This document shows, piece by piece, positions 37,581 through 51,379 of a stretch of DNA of 64,000 nt (the first letter of the stretch is position 1; each line of letters begins with the position of its first letter). The notes below the pieces were generated by a model that saw only the letters and a list, made by a program, of their open reading frames with translations, ran no database searches and was not told the DNA's origin. Origin of the DNA: Octopus sinensis (Eukaryota); assembly GCF_006345805.1 (NCBI RefSeq), contig NC_043005.1, positions 3,782,001-3,846,000 on the forward strand. The letters are read 5' to 3'. The position numbers and the translations under genes were made by a program.

Positions 37581-38185
37581 GGCACAGGAGTGGCTGTGTG
37601 GTAAGTAGCTTGCTTACTAACCACATGGTTCCAGGTTCAGTCCCACTGCATGGCATCTTGGGCAAGTGTCTTCTACTATAGCCTCGAGCTGACCAAAGCC
37701 TTGTGAGTAGATTTGGTAGATGGAAACTGAAAGAAGCCCGTCATATATATGTATCTGTGCTGGTGGCATGTAAAAAGCACCCACTACACTCACAGAGTGG
37801 TTGGCGTTAGGAAGGGCATCTAGCTGTAGAAACACTGCCTGATCAGACTGGGCCTGGTGCAGCCTTCTGGCTTCCCAGACCCCAGTTGATCCGTCCAACC
37901 CATGCTAGCATGGAAAGCGGACGCCAAATGATGATGATGATGATGATGATATACATATATATATATGTGTGTGTGTGTTTGCGTGTCTGTGTTTGTCCCC
38001 CCAACATCACTTGACAACCGATGGTGGTGTGTTTACATCTCCGTAACTTAGCGATTCAGCAAAAGAGACTGATAGAATAAGTACTAGGCTTACATAGAAT
38101 AAGTCCTGGGGTCGATTTGCTCGACTAAAGGCAGTGCTCCAGCATGGCTGCAGTCAAATGACTAAAACAAGTAAAAGAGTAAGAG
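37581..38185 (+). mobile_element. CORE-type tRNA SINE with an RTE 3' fragment (~37757-37950) inserted in its internal microsatellite
   Basis: SINE head (TGGCTGTGTGG, GGTTCAGTCC, TTGGGCAAG) and SINE tail resume on either side of an RTE tail fragment. Confidence 0.75.
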
Positions 38186-38695
38186 ATGCAATAAGATGTT
38201 TAAATTTTTTCCATTTTCATTTTTTATTCATTTTTTCAGTTTTCTATGATTTCTTATAAAAATATCATCAGATTCAGTATAAGGTTCCATGGTTTCACTT
38301 CTTTCTTTTTTCTGTTTTTTTGTTTTACTAAGGGTTAAACAATTTCTTTAGTTGAGGGAGATAACCAAAAGTACTGATATTTGTCATAAAATGCAGGGAA
38401 ATAACCCAATATTTTAATGGGGCTGAGATAACCAAAAAGTACCGAATTGTCAATGCTTTGTGGCATTTCTTTTGAGTTTAGGTTCTGAGTTCAAATGTCA
38501 CCAAGGTTGACTTTGCTTTTCATTCCTTTCAGGGACAATAAAAATAGGTACCAAATGAGTGCTTGGGGTCAAAGTAACTGATTTAGCCCCTTACCTGAAA
38601 TTGCTGGCCTTGTACCAAAATTGGAAACCAATATCAACGTTTCTAGTAAGGAACAAAAGACAACTACCACTGACACTACTACCACCACCACCACC

Positions 38696-38766
<71 letters not shown>

Positions 38767-39200
38767 AGCTGCTGTTGCTGCTACAATGATGATGATGATG
38801 ATGATGATGTCAACGGCAATCATTACCAACAACCATTAGAAGGAAATGAACTGCCAGCATCGTCTGAATTTTGTAAGAAAATGTAAACTTTAAGAATTGA
38901 TATCATGAAAGATGTCTTGATACAAATGTTGATATTTTCTTTATTTGTCCACAATAAAGTTCTTGAACCACTTGCTTGTTGTTGTTGTTGTTAAGATACC
39001 CCTTGGGAGTGAATTTGATATACAATACCTGCGAAGAAGCCCATCATGTGTGTGTGTGTGTGTGTGTATTACACACAGAATATACATGCCTAAGTACATT
39101 TGCTAGTAGCACTTATGTAGGCAAATATATAATAATAATAATAATAATAATTGTGTACAGTGCTCAGGTGCACTACAACTCATCTAAAGTGTATATATAA

Positions 39201-41039
39201 TCAGGTGTAGTTTCGGTGGATTTCGGAAAGCATGAGGGCCTTAAAGGATGCAGTGTCATGGCAGTCAACAACTGACGCAGGCAGTTTATTCCATGCTTCA
39301 GCAACTCTGAGCGTGAAAAAATGTTTCCGAAAGTCATGGGAGCTGTGCTGTTTTCTGACTTTGTAGGCATGTCCACGTGTGTTAGACACATGGAGATCAA
39401 AAAGGTGTTCAGTGTTGTTGTTGGTGAGGTGGTTGATAACCTTGTGGGTGTTTACCAAGTCCGTCGCCAGACGCCGGAGCTTCAGTGAATCCATGCCCAG
39501 GGAAACAAGGCGCTCAGAATATGGTAGGTGTCTGATGGAGGGTATGCGTTTGGTTGCACGTCTCTGGACAGATTCCAGGAGGTCAATGTTCTGAGCAAGA
39601 TAGGGGTTCCAAACTGATGATGCGAATTCCAAGTGTGGTCGTACCATAGCTGTATACAGTTTTAAATAGATGGCTGGAGAGCGGCTAACAAAAGTCTTGC
39701 TGAGTGATGCCAAGACACCCTCGGCCTTCTTGACAATTTTAGAGATATGCTTTGTCCAACGCAAATCACTGCTGACAGTGATGCCTAGGTCACGCTCGCA
39801 AGAGGATTTCTTGATATCAGTGTTGTGGAGGGAGTATGTGGACGCAGGGTTTTTTCTCCCAAAATGCATGGTGGTACACTTGTCCACAGCCAGTTTCAGT
39901 TGCCAGTCTGTGATCCATTGCTGCATTGTGTCTAGGTCTGAATGCAGGAAAGAGTTGTAGACATCAGGATCTGTCCTCTTGATTTCAAGGTACAGCTTGA
40001 TTTCGTCTGCATATTTCAATACTGTGGCATTCTTTAAATTGGCATCTATGTCATTAATGTATGCCACAAACAAGAGGGGACCAAGGACAGATCCCTGTGG
40101 TACACCCGATGACATCTCATATGGTGTAGAGTGCTGTCCTAGAACTGTGACTACCTCCTTTCGGCTGAGGATGAAGGATTTCAACCAGTTAAAAAGGTCA
40201 TCCCCCACACCCATTGCAGAGAGTTTCACCATAAGCCTTTTGTGTGGCACAGAGTTGAAAGCCTTAGCAAAGTCAAGGTAGACAACATCCACCCATGAGC
40301 CACTGTCAGTGATCTGAGTAATGTCCTCAAGGAACTCGACAAGCTGGTCACTGCAGCTGGAGTTAGAGACAAATCCATATTGTGAGGGTCGGATGAGACT
40401 GTGAGAGCTCCAGAAGTTCCAGAGTGTTTCTCTGACACACGATTCCATCAGTTTTGCAATACAGCTAGTGAGACTGACTGGGCGATAGTTGACAGGTGAT
40501 GTGCGGTCGCCCTTTTTGAACAGAGGAATGACACTGGCAGTTTTCCACTGCTCTGGAGTAGCACCATTGTTGAGACAGTACTGGAAGAAAATAGAAAGCT
40601 GGTGTAAAAGGAAGTGCCTGCCACGTTTGAGAAGCAGGTATGTAACTCCATCGAGACCAGGGGAGGCATAGTTGCACTTATTTTGAAGGTGACGTTGCAG
40701 CATTGCAGGTGTAAATTCCATAGTTGTTATGGAATTTGCTGTTAGTGATGGTGAAGATGGTACATTTTGACTTTCAACAGTGAATATGTTTGCATAGCAC
40801 TCAGCAATGAGTTCTGCGCATTCCTTGGGGTCGTCAGTGATCTGGTTTGTGTGAGGGTTGCGAAGAGGGCCCACTGGAGAGTGAGGTCTCTGCTTTGAAT
40901 GCACATATTTCCAGAAAACCTTGCTGTCAGGATTGGCTGCTATGCACTGTTCAAATTCAAGCACTGCTTTTTTTGTCACTTGCTTGAGATGGTTGGAGGA
41001 TTTATTCCGCTTCTTCCTGTTGGTGTCTGATTTATGCAA
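39201..41039 (-). pseudogene. CR1 ORF2 reverse transcriptase portion
   Basis: SPGLDG, NYRPVSLTS, VYLDFAKAF, GVPQGSVLGPLLF, YADE; the frame extends upstream past a TGA at 41082-41084 to ~41315. Confidence 0.92.
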
Positions 41040-41200
41040 CTTGTATTCCCGTTCAGCAGTCCGACGTTCCTTCCTGGCAAGTCAGACTGCTGAAGTTTCC
41101 CAAATTGCCCTTTTGGGGCGGTTCTTCTTTTTTTGTTTACGTGGCACTGATGCTGCACATGCTGCCCATATTGAGTCCAGGATACTCTGGAGTATAGTAT

Positions 41201-41965
41201 TCACATCTCCAGAGTTGTAGAATTCACGCCAGTTTGGGTGCTGTAGTTCAGTGTGGTACAGGTTCCAATCTGCTCTCTTCCAATCGAAGGAAGCAGATTG
41301 AGATGGTTCAGGTTTTTGTTGCCCGCAAGAGCCAGATTGGCGATGATCATAGCATGATCAGAGTCACCTAGAGGTTCCTCCGTAGTGCAATTGATAACCG
41401 CTTCAGGAGTTGTGGTGAAGAGCAGGTCCAAGGTGTTGTCGCCTCTTGTTGGAGAGGTGACTACTTGTGACCAGTTTGAGTCCAGCACAAGCTCAACAAA
41501 ATCGTTTGCACACTGTGGCCAATGGAAGGTTTCCCAATCGATCTCAGGATGATTGAAATCGCCTGCAATAAACACATAAGTGGCTGTTTTCCTGGCAGCA
41601 GCTCGGAGGATATCGCAAAGCTGTGTGTCCTGATGGTAATTTGGGGGATGATAAACAACGCCAAGCAGGAGTGTTGACATGGTCATACGTACGTCACAGA
41701 AAAAAACTTCTTCTTGTGATTCGTTCAAATCGGCACAAGGAATTACCAAAAAATTTGAACGAACGTAGACCATCACACCACCACCACGGCGGTTAGTGCG
41801 GTCCTTACGGAAGAGGTTGTACCCCGTAATGTTGAAAACCCCATCACAGAGTAAGGAATGCGCCCATGTTTCCGTGACAGTGATGAAGTCAGGGTCAATG
41901 CTTCTGACGTAGGCGTTGAACAAATGTATTTTGTTGCATAAACTGCAAGCATTTAAGGACAACAA
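41201..41965 (-). pseudogene. CR1 ORF2 AP-endonuclease portion
   Basis: LNACSL, TVTETW, DRTNRRGGGV, GVVYHPP, AGDFN, TLDLLFT, GDSDHAMI; frameshifted from the RT near 41313-41320. Confidence 0.92.
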
Positions 41966-42021
41966 TTTGTACCCTGCTCGTAGTTTATGATGGTGTGTAG
42001 AGGATGGCAGGTTGTTCTGGC

Positions 42022-42930
<909 letters not shown>

Positions 42931-42942
42931 TATATACACACA

Positions 42943-43241
42943 CAGTCATAGACTGGGTCTTAAAATATTGGTTGCCAGGAGACTAAGGGGGCCCACCTGC
43001 AACTACAATGCTATCATTTATTATTTTTTTTTTTTCCTTCATTAAAAGCATTCTTTTCACCTGTCTACAAACACAGCCAGGCTGAAATAATTAATGCATT
43101 CTTCCAGGAGTGAATTAAAAATTCTCAAACTTGAGAGGATGGGCTCCTTAGAGACTAACATGGGCCCCCATATATGGATTCTAATGGCGCAGGGGCCCAC
43201 TTACCATCGGGCAAGCTGGCAACCTGGCCAGTCTACCACTG
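42943..43241. mobile_element. hAT-like MITE
   Basis: Imperfect TIRs CAGTCATAGACTGG / CCAGTCTACCACTG; no TSD recognised. Confidence 0.45.
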
Positions 43242-44129
43242 CAACTATATATATATATAAAAATATACATATATTATATTAAATTAGAGATAAAACCACT
43301 ATTAGGCAAATCAAACAATGAAAAACTTAAGCCAATACATAAAATTAATTCATTTATATTATTATAAATATATATCAAAATTATTAAAAGTTTAATAAAA
43401 GATAATGAGTAAAACACTACGATCGTTTCATGGCTGTCCAATTCGTAATAATTCGAGTTATGGTTACAGTCAATCTTCAGGTGATTGAAATATAAAATAG
43501 TTGTAAAATTTACCTGTGAGGTTTTGATTTCTGCATTGACCACCTGGTAAAAAATCATTAATGATTTTTCACCTTCATTATTATTATGTACATTTATATA
43601 GATATGGTAGATGTGTTCAGCAAAAATTTAGATTCAGATGAATATGGTACTTGAGTTGAGGCACCAGAATTTAGTATGGTATTATCCATACAGTTTCAAA
43701 ATAAGGTGATTAAAATCAAAATAAGCAACAAGGATATCCAGAGATAATGCAGTACAGTCGTTTCAAGCAACTCCATTTAATTGAACAATGCAATCATTAC
43801 ATCAATTTAAATGCAGAGCAATCCTCAGCTGCATAAAGACATAGAATTTAATTAAATTAGAACAGATGGACACATTAGTATAATTTTACCTAAAACTCCA
43901 CGAAGGTAAGGAGATAAGACAGAGAACATGCTGCACACGCACACACACACACACATGTGTGTGAGTGGACGAACTAAAGAAGGGCACTCAACTAATTTAT
44001 TGGGAGTTACATGTATGAATCAAAGCAGTTTGATCCATGTGTGTGTGGGGGGGGGGGGGTACAGGTATACATACATGTGCACATACATACATACGTGCGT
44101 AATACATGCATACGAACGTATGCCCGTAA

Positions 44130-45350
44130 GTGATTAGGGCAGAAGCGTGGGTACAGTGAAAATATTTTAATCCCAACACAGAAAGCAATGGATTGCCAAA
44201 TTCGGTGAATCCCCGGACAAAATGCCTTGCCTGACTTCAAATATCGTTGAGGGGGGCTTAACCTTCATTCCTCCGGGTTTTGTTATTTCTATAAAACCCT
44301 TGAAACGTGAATGGAAAAGTATGCCGAACAATAAGGCTCCTGTTTGCGTATTTGATGGAGGAGTGAATTTACGAATCACTTTTTCAAGTAGAATTCTAAC
44401 ACTTTCATCCACTCTGACACAGAGAAAGTTTGTGAGTTCAATTCTTGTCCGAATATTTGTACACATAAGCGAAATCCTGACAGTGAACGGAAAGTAAAAC
44501 GTAGAAAAAATACTAAAAATTCACAACTACTTAATGAGAGAATCTACTGATTTGAAAAAAGAAATATAAACGAGATGAGGAGAAGACAGAAGCGAAGAGA
44601 AGAACCTCCACACAAAGTTTAAGAATCGAAATTATACAGAAATTGGAAAAAAAATAAGGAGAAAAATATAAAGGGAAGCTACTCTTGACAGGTAACTAGT
44701 TCAAGGGGAAAAACTCTTGCTTTTCCTTTTAAATGGTTAGTCAGTGTTTTCGATCCGAATACCGAAAGAAGTTTTGGCAGTTGGTTATAAAATCTCGAGA
44801 AGAGATAGAGTAGTAACGTATACTAAATAGCAAAGCGAGTAACCACATCAAAGTGCCAGATGAATGTTACTACTAGTTTAACCCCAGGCGGATTCTCCGT
44901 CAGCTGGTAAAGGACATGGACTGCACCCCGTTTCGGTTATTTGTTTTGTCTTTTTTCTACAGAAACCCACCGTTTCGACTGCGGGGATTCCGAATCTGCA
45001 TAAAATAGATCGGCATTTCAATATTTGAACAGAGAAAAGATAGAAGAGAGAGCTAAAATACGTCCAGTCGTTAGGATAGTCCTGAAGGAAAAGAAAGATT
45101 TTCTCGCTATTTGACCCTCGTTCTCGCCTAGCGACCCTTGATGTTTGTTTTCGTTCGGTTTCCTTGTATATCTCCACTGTCCTGATTTTGTTCCCAACTT
45201 TGACCCTCCATAAATCCAACTTTGACCTTCCATAAATCCAAAGACTCATATTCTCGTTCAGTGCTCGAAATGAGGAATAGATAAACGGCCGACAACTGAT
45301 GAAGGGTCGTTCTTTATGTTACTTTTCCATTTGTTTCTCTCGTTGTTTGC
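44130..45350. promoter_or_regulatory. CpG-retaining, non-repetitive promoter / 5' UTR-like region
   Basis: Many CpGs versus depleted flanks; plus-strand donor CAG|GTAACT (44692) and acceptor (Y)n-CTACAG (44962); minus-strand acceptors also at 45082 and 44477. Confidence 0.35.
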
Positions 45351-45424
45351 ATATTGAACTCTTTTGTTTTCGTATTTCATGTTTACTGTTGATGACGCCC
45401 TGTACCCATATATGCATATGTACA

Positions 45425-45505
<81 letters not shown>

Positions 45506-45571
45506 CTATATCTATCATCTCTGTCTCTCTCTCTCTCTATATATATATATATAGATATATATATATATATA

Positions 45572-46635
45572 TCATCATCATCATCATCATCATCATTTAG
45601 CGTCCGCTTTCCATGCTAGCATGGGTTGGACGGTTCAACTGGGGTCTGTGCCACCAAAAGGCTGCATCAACCACTCCGTGAGTGTAGTGGGTGCTTTTTA
45701 CGTGCCACCCGCACAGGTGCCAGACGGAGCTGGCAAACGGCCACGGACGGATGGTGCTTTTTACGTGCCACCGGCACGGAGGCCAGTCGGGGCGGCGCTG
45801 TCAACGGCCACGATCGGATGGTTCGCTTACTTGTCACCGGCACTGGTATCACAGCTGCAATTTCCATTGATGTTGATCGACTTCGATTTTGGTTCTGCTT
45901 TCTGATATCTGATTTGATTTGGTTTGATTTTGATTTTGATTTTCACTTGCCTCAACGGGTCTTCACAAGTGGAGTTTTGTGTCCCAAGAAGGTAAGGTAT
46001 GTATAAGTCGACTCGCTACATACCAGGTAGAGGCCACGAGTTATGGTCTCACTAGTCTTGCCGGGTCTTCTCACACACAGCATACTTCCATAGGTCTCGG
46101 TCTCTAGTCATTTCCTTGGTGAGACCTAAAGTTCAAAGGTCATGCTTCACCACCTCGTCCCAGGTTTTCCTGGGTCTACTTCTTCCACAGGTTCCCTCGA
46201 CTGCTAGTGTGTGGCACTTTTGCACACAACTATCTTCAGCCATTCTCGTCACATGACCATACCAGCGCAAACGTCTCTCTTGCACACCACAACTGATGTT
46301 TCTTAGGTCCAACTTTTCTCTCAAGGTACTTACACTCTGTCGATTATGAACACTGACATTACACATCCATCGGAGCATACTGGCTTCATTTCTTGCGAGC
46401 TTACGCATATCCTCAGCAGTCACAGCCCATGTTTCACTACCATGTAGCATGGCTGTACGTACACATGCATCATACAGTCTGCCTTTTACTCTAAGCGAGA
46501 GGCCTTTTGACACCAGCAGAGGTAAGAGCTCTCTAAACTTTGCCTAGGCTATTCTTACTCTAGCAGTTACACTTTCAGCACACCCACCCCCGCCACTGAC
46601 TTACACTTGGTGCACCTTATAGAGTTTCTACCAAT
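45572..46635 (-). mobile_element. 5'-truncated RTE LINE
   Basis: ORF 46133..46513 (KGRLYDACVRTAMLHGSETW...LRWYGHV...RPRKTWDEVVKHDL), 3' UTR and (GAT)n tail. Confidence 0.9.
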
Positions 46636-46637
46636 AC

Positions 46638-46674
<37 letters not shown>

Positions 46675-46679
<5 letters not shown>

Positions 46680-47060
46680 GACCTGCTGTGCTTGAGTTAA
46701 GTACATCAACATCAAAATAAAAATCAAATGGAAATTGTAGTTGTGATACCTGTGCCAGTGACACATAAAAAGCTCCATCTGAACGTGGCCAATACCAGTA
46801 CTGCCTTAACTGGCGTCTGTGCCAGTGACATGTAAAAAGCACCAACCGATCATGGCCGTTGCCAGCCTCCCCTGTGTCAGTGGGACGTAAAAGGCACTCA
46901 CTACACTTATGGAGTGGTTGGCGTTAGGAGGGGCATCAAGCTGTAGAAACACTGCCAGATCAGACTGGTGCAGCCTCCTGGCTTTCCAGACCTCGGTCGA
47001 ACCATCCAACCCATGCTAGCATGAAAAACGAATGTTAAACGATGATGATGATGATGATGA
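46675..47060 (+). mobile_element. RTE 3' UTR fragment with (GAT)n tail
   Basis: Same family in the opposite orientation to its neighbours. Confidence 0.8.
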
Positions 47061-47105
47061 AGATTATTATTATTTCAGTGAATGCCACACATCCATTTCC
47101 AAGTA

Positions 47106-47153
<48 letters not shown>

Positions 47154-47161
47154 CATATATA

Positions 47162-47810
47162 TCATCATCATCACCGTTTAACGTCCATTTTCCATGCTGG
47201 CATCGGCTGGACAGTTCAACTGAGATCTGAGAAGCCAGGAGGCTGTACCAGGCCCCAATCTGATCTGGCAGTGTTTCTACAGCTGGATGCCCTTCCTAAC
47301 GCCAACCACACCGAGAGTGTTGTGGGTGCTTTTTACGTGCCACAGGCACAGGAGCTGGAATCGACCACGATCGGATGGTGCTTTTTATGTGCCACTGGCA
47401 TGGAAGCCAGTCAAGGCGGCACTGGCATCGGCCACGTTCGGATGGTGCTTTTTATGTGCTACCAGCACAGAAGCCAGTCAAAGAGGCACTGGCATCGGCC
47501 ACGTTCGGATGGTGCTTTTTATGTGCTACCAGCACGGGGCTCACAACTACAATTTCCATTTGATTTGATTTTGATATTGCTGATGTTGTTGGACTTGACT
47601 CAATAAGTCTCCTCAAGCGCAGCCTCTCGCCCTACGATCCAAGGTACTTTTGAGTGGGCTGGTTATGCGACACATGGTGTAGGTTACAGCTGTGATCTCA
47701 CTTTATTTGCCAGGTCTTCTCAGTCACAGCACACCCCCAGGGGTCTCTGTCTTTTGTAATTGCCTCTCTGAGGCCCAACATGCAAAGGTCATGCTTCACC
47801 ACCTCGACTG
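47162..47810 (-). mobile_element. RTE 3' fragment with a duplicated ~66-bp UTR unit
   Basis: Tail signature after (TA)n; GGCACTGGCATCGGCCACGTTCGGATGGTGC occurs twice. Confidence 0.8.
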
Positions 47811-47985
47811 CAGCCATGTTGGAGCACCCCCTTTAGTTGAACAAATTGACCTCAGGATTTATTCTTTGTAAATCTAGTACTTATTCTATCAGGTTCTTTT
47901 CCCAAACTGCTAAGTTACACACCAACATTGGTTGTCAAGCGATGGTGAGTGGGTGGGTGTGTGGGAGACAAACACCGACACACAA

Positions 47986-48030
<45 letters not shown>

Positions 48031-48883
48031 ATATACATATATTGACTAATTCATTTTTTATATTCATTCTAGTGTTATAATTGGCATACCTCATGAATTC
48101 TCATTTTTCGTAGTTTAGGTTTTAACTGCCCTTTTTTGCAGGTAAGGAGTCCTGTCAATATTCTCCTCTTTGTGTATAACAAAAATATTTTCTACACTCG
48201 TTTATATATATATATATATACATACGACAAGCTTCTTTGAGTATTTGTCTACCAAATCCACTCAGAAGGCTTTGGTCGGCCCAAGGCTATGACACTTGCC
48301 CAAAGTGCCACGCAGTGGGACTGAACCTGGAACCATGTGGTTGGGAAGCAAGCTTCTTACCACACAGCCACTCCCCTGGCCCCTATTGTTGATAGGTGTA
48401 TTTACAGTCTGAGTCCAAATTTCGAGTCAGAGTGATTTAGTCTGTTTTATCCTTCAAGATACAATCCAAAAGAAATAACCTTCAGGTATTGGTCTACATT
48501 AAAATTCCTACACTTTTCCCTATCAATGGCAACACAGATTTCCCTAGAATTCTGAACGAATGAAACCAGTAACGGTCAATGTTGGCAAATAAACAAATAA
48601 ATAAACAGAAAACAAGAATTTTGTGAAAGAAGGTGGAAGAGGTGCGTTCTAACGTTTCAATAGACAATCGGGAATAACAGAGTTAACTCCCCTGGACCAT
48701 CAACTCAGCATTCTAGTTTTGTGTGTGTGTACACCAGACTATTTCCTTCCCATTGATGAGGACACGGACATCCAGTCTTCAGTTTTTCCAGAGCATCAAA
48801 CTAAAATACCTTTTTGTTTACTCTTCCCTCACCTGTCTCTGTCTTTTTGTTTTTTTTGTACATTTTGAACCATATATAAATAT

Positions 48884-49300
48884 AGGCGTAGGAGTGGCTG
48901 TGTGGTAAGTAGCTTGCTAACCAACCACATAGTTCCAGGTTCAGTCCCACTGCGTGGCACCTTGGGCAAGTGTCTTCTGCTATATCCCCGGGCCGACCAA
49001 TGCCTTGTGAGTGGATTTGGTAGACGGAAACTGAAAGAAGCCAGTCGTATATATGTATATATATATATATGTATATGTATGTGTATGTGTATGTTTGTGT
49101 GTCTGTGTTTGTCCCCCAAGCATTGCTTGACAACCGATGCTGGTGTGTTTATGTCCCCGTCACCTAGCGGTTCGGCAAAAGAGACCGATAAAATAAGTTC
49201 TGGGCTTACAAAAAATAAGTCCCAGGGTCGATTTGCTCGACTAAAGGCGGTGCTCCAGCATGGCCGCAGTCAAATGACTGAAACAAGTAAAAGAGTAAAG
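48884..49300 (+). mobile_element. Full-length CORE-type tRNA SINE (resembles the octopus OR families)
   Basis: A box TGGCTGTGTGG, B box GGTTCAGTCC, CORE-like CCTTGGGCAAGT, internal TA/TG microsatellite, AAGAGT tail; more than 10 partial copies elsewhere in the window. Confidence 0.8.
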
Positions 49301-49348
49301 AGTATATATATGTATATATATATGTATATACGTGTGTGTGTGTATATA

Positions 49349-49740
49349 TCATCATCATCGTCGTCGTCGTCATTTAACGTCCGCTTTCCATGCTGGCATG
49401 GGTTGGACGGTTTGACTGGGGACTGGCAAGGCAGAAGGCTGCATCGGGCTCCAATCTGATCTGGCAAACTTTCTACAGCTGGATACCCTTCTTAATGCCA
49501 ACAACTCCGAGAGTGTAGTGGGTGCTTTTACAAACCACCAGCACAAGGGCCAGTTAGGCATTACTGGCAACAACCATGCTCAAAGGTGGTTTTTATGTGC
49601 CACCTGCACAGGAACCAGTCCAGCAGCACTGGCAATGACCACACTTAAATGTTCCTTTCACGTGCCACCAGCACATGTGCCAGTAAGGCGACGCTGGCAA
49701 TAACCATGCTCGCATGGTGCTTTTTACGTGCCACTGGCAC
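49349..49740 (-). mobile_element. RTE 3' fragment
   Basis: Tail signature after TATATAT; truncated directly at a Tc1 TIR. Confidence 0.8.
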
Positions 49741-50830
49741 GAGGTTGGACAAAATAATGAAAACACCTTAAAATCTATTTTAATATGTGGTAGAACTGCC
49801 TTCGGCAGTAATTACAGCTTGAATTCTATGAGGTATGGACTCGTACAAAGTTTGACTTGTTTCCAAAGGAATTTTTATCCATTCTTCAGCTAGTCTCCAG
49901 TTCTTGTAGTGATGATGGTGGAGGATATCGCTCCTTATTTGTTTTTCTAAAATGCACCATAAACATTGAAATCTGGGGACTGTATTGGCCAGATAAGATG
50001 TTCAACTTCAAGAGAATGTTCCACGTGCCATTCAGTAACAACTTTAGCTTTGTGAATTGGTGCATTACCATCCTGAAAGATTGCGTTTCCCTCCGGAAAC
50101 AGTTCCACAACCATAGAACGAATTTGATCAGATAAAATGCTTAAATAGTCTTGACTATTAACTCTGTCATGAAGGGAAACCATTGGGCCGGCGGATTTCC
50201 AAGATATAGCCCCCCCACCCGATCATCACAGATCCTCTTCCATGTTTAACAGTTGGAAGAAGGTAGTCTGGGTCAAATGCTTCTTTTGGCTGTATCCACA
50301 CGTATTCTCGACCAGTGGTCGAAAATAGGATAAAGGATGACACGTCCGAGAAAAAAACATTCTTCCACTGCTCTAGGGACCAATTCTGTAGGTTTTTACT
50401 CCAGTCAAAACACTTTGTAACATTTGTTTTTGAAAGTACTAATTTTCTGATTGCAGCCCTCCCACAAAATCTGGTTTTGTGCAACTCCCGGCGAACAGTT
50501 TTTGCGGAAACTGGGTTCTCAAGGTGGTCATTAAGCTCTGCAGTAATTTTAGAAGCTGTACTTTTGTGTTAATTTCTAACAATTCGCATTAGAGTCCAAT
50601 GGTCCCTATCCGAAAGTTTTGGTTTTCTTCCAGAGTTTTGTTTCGACGAGGAGGTTTTTCCCTCTTTCTCAAAGGCTCTCATTACTTTTAAGACAGTACT
50701 TCTTCAAACATTTCAGCTGTTTTCGTTATGCTAGCACCTGCCATACAAGCACCAACAATTTGACCTCTTTGAAAGTCCGATAGATCTGTCATTTTAAAGC
50801 ATTTTAATTACCTTTTTCAGATGATATCTA
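49739..50830 (-). mobile_element. Decayed Tc1 (DD34E) transposon with one TIR
   Basis: ATG at 50792 (MTDLSDFQRGQIVGA), VFFSDVSSF, TVKHGRGSVM, FQDGNAPIH, WPIQSPDFN, stop at 49780-49782; TIR GAGGTTGGACAAAATAATGAAAACACC at 49741. Confidence 0.88.
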
Positions 50831-50922
50831 AAAAGAAACAATAATCGATGGTAGTCAATTGTTGTTGATAAAGATTTTTCCATTTTCTCCTTAACTTAAA
50901 TTTATGTGTGTGTGTGTGTGTG

Positions 50923-50953
<31 letters not shown>

Positions 50954-50968
50954 CTATATATATATATA

Positions 50969-51001
<33 letters not shown>

Positions 51002-51379
51002 TCAGTCAGATATATATATATATATAATATGTATGTATATATATAATATATATGTATTTATGTATATATACTGTTTTTATATTTAGTTTTAGAGAAAAAC
51101 TGGATGAAAGTGTACTGTATGTATGTATTCCTGTATTTCTAAAGGGTTGTCTGTACATCATTGAAACTTCACAGCCCTCTCTATTTTCTCTTCCTCAGTT
51201 GTGTCGAATCTTTCTCCTCCAAATTTGAAATACTTGCTTTCAAGATCTCAAGCAGGTATGTCAAAATAACTACTGGACAGAAAAGGCTGTTGAGCTTCAA
51301 CGATATAAAACTCCAGAAACTTTAGGAATTCCTAAATACGTACTACAGAATGATATGGCTCAATATGAGAGTCAACATG

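Noticed and set aside
36628-38839. Poly-L, poly-S, poly-T and poly-V ORFs
   Set aside because: Trinucleotide repeats, open in several frames on both strands.
44167-44497. Overlapping 99-aa (minus) and 91-aa (plus) ORFs
   Set aside because: No recognisable homology; better explained as promoter or UTR sequence, though not excluded.
48884-48960. tRNA gene (and similar heads at 5640-5718 and 27297-27370)
   Set aside because: A and B boxes are present, but there is no complete cloverleaf and each continues into a SINE body.
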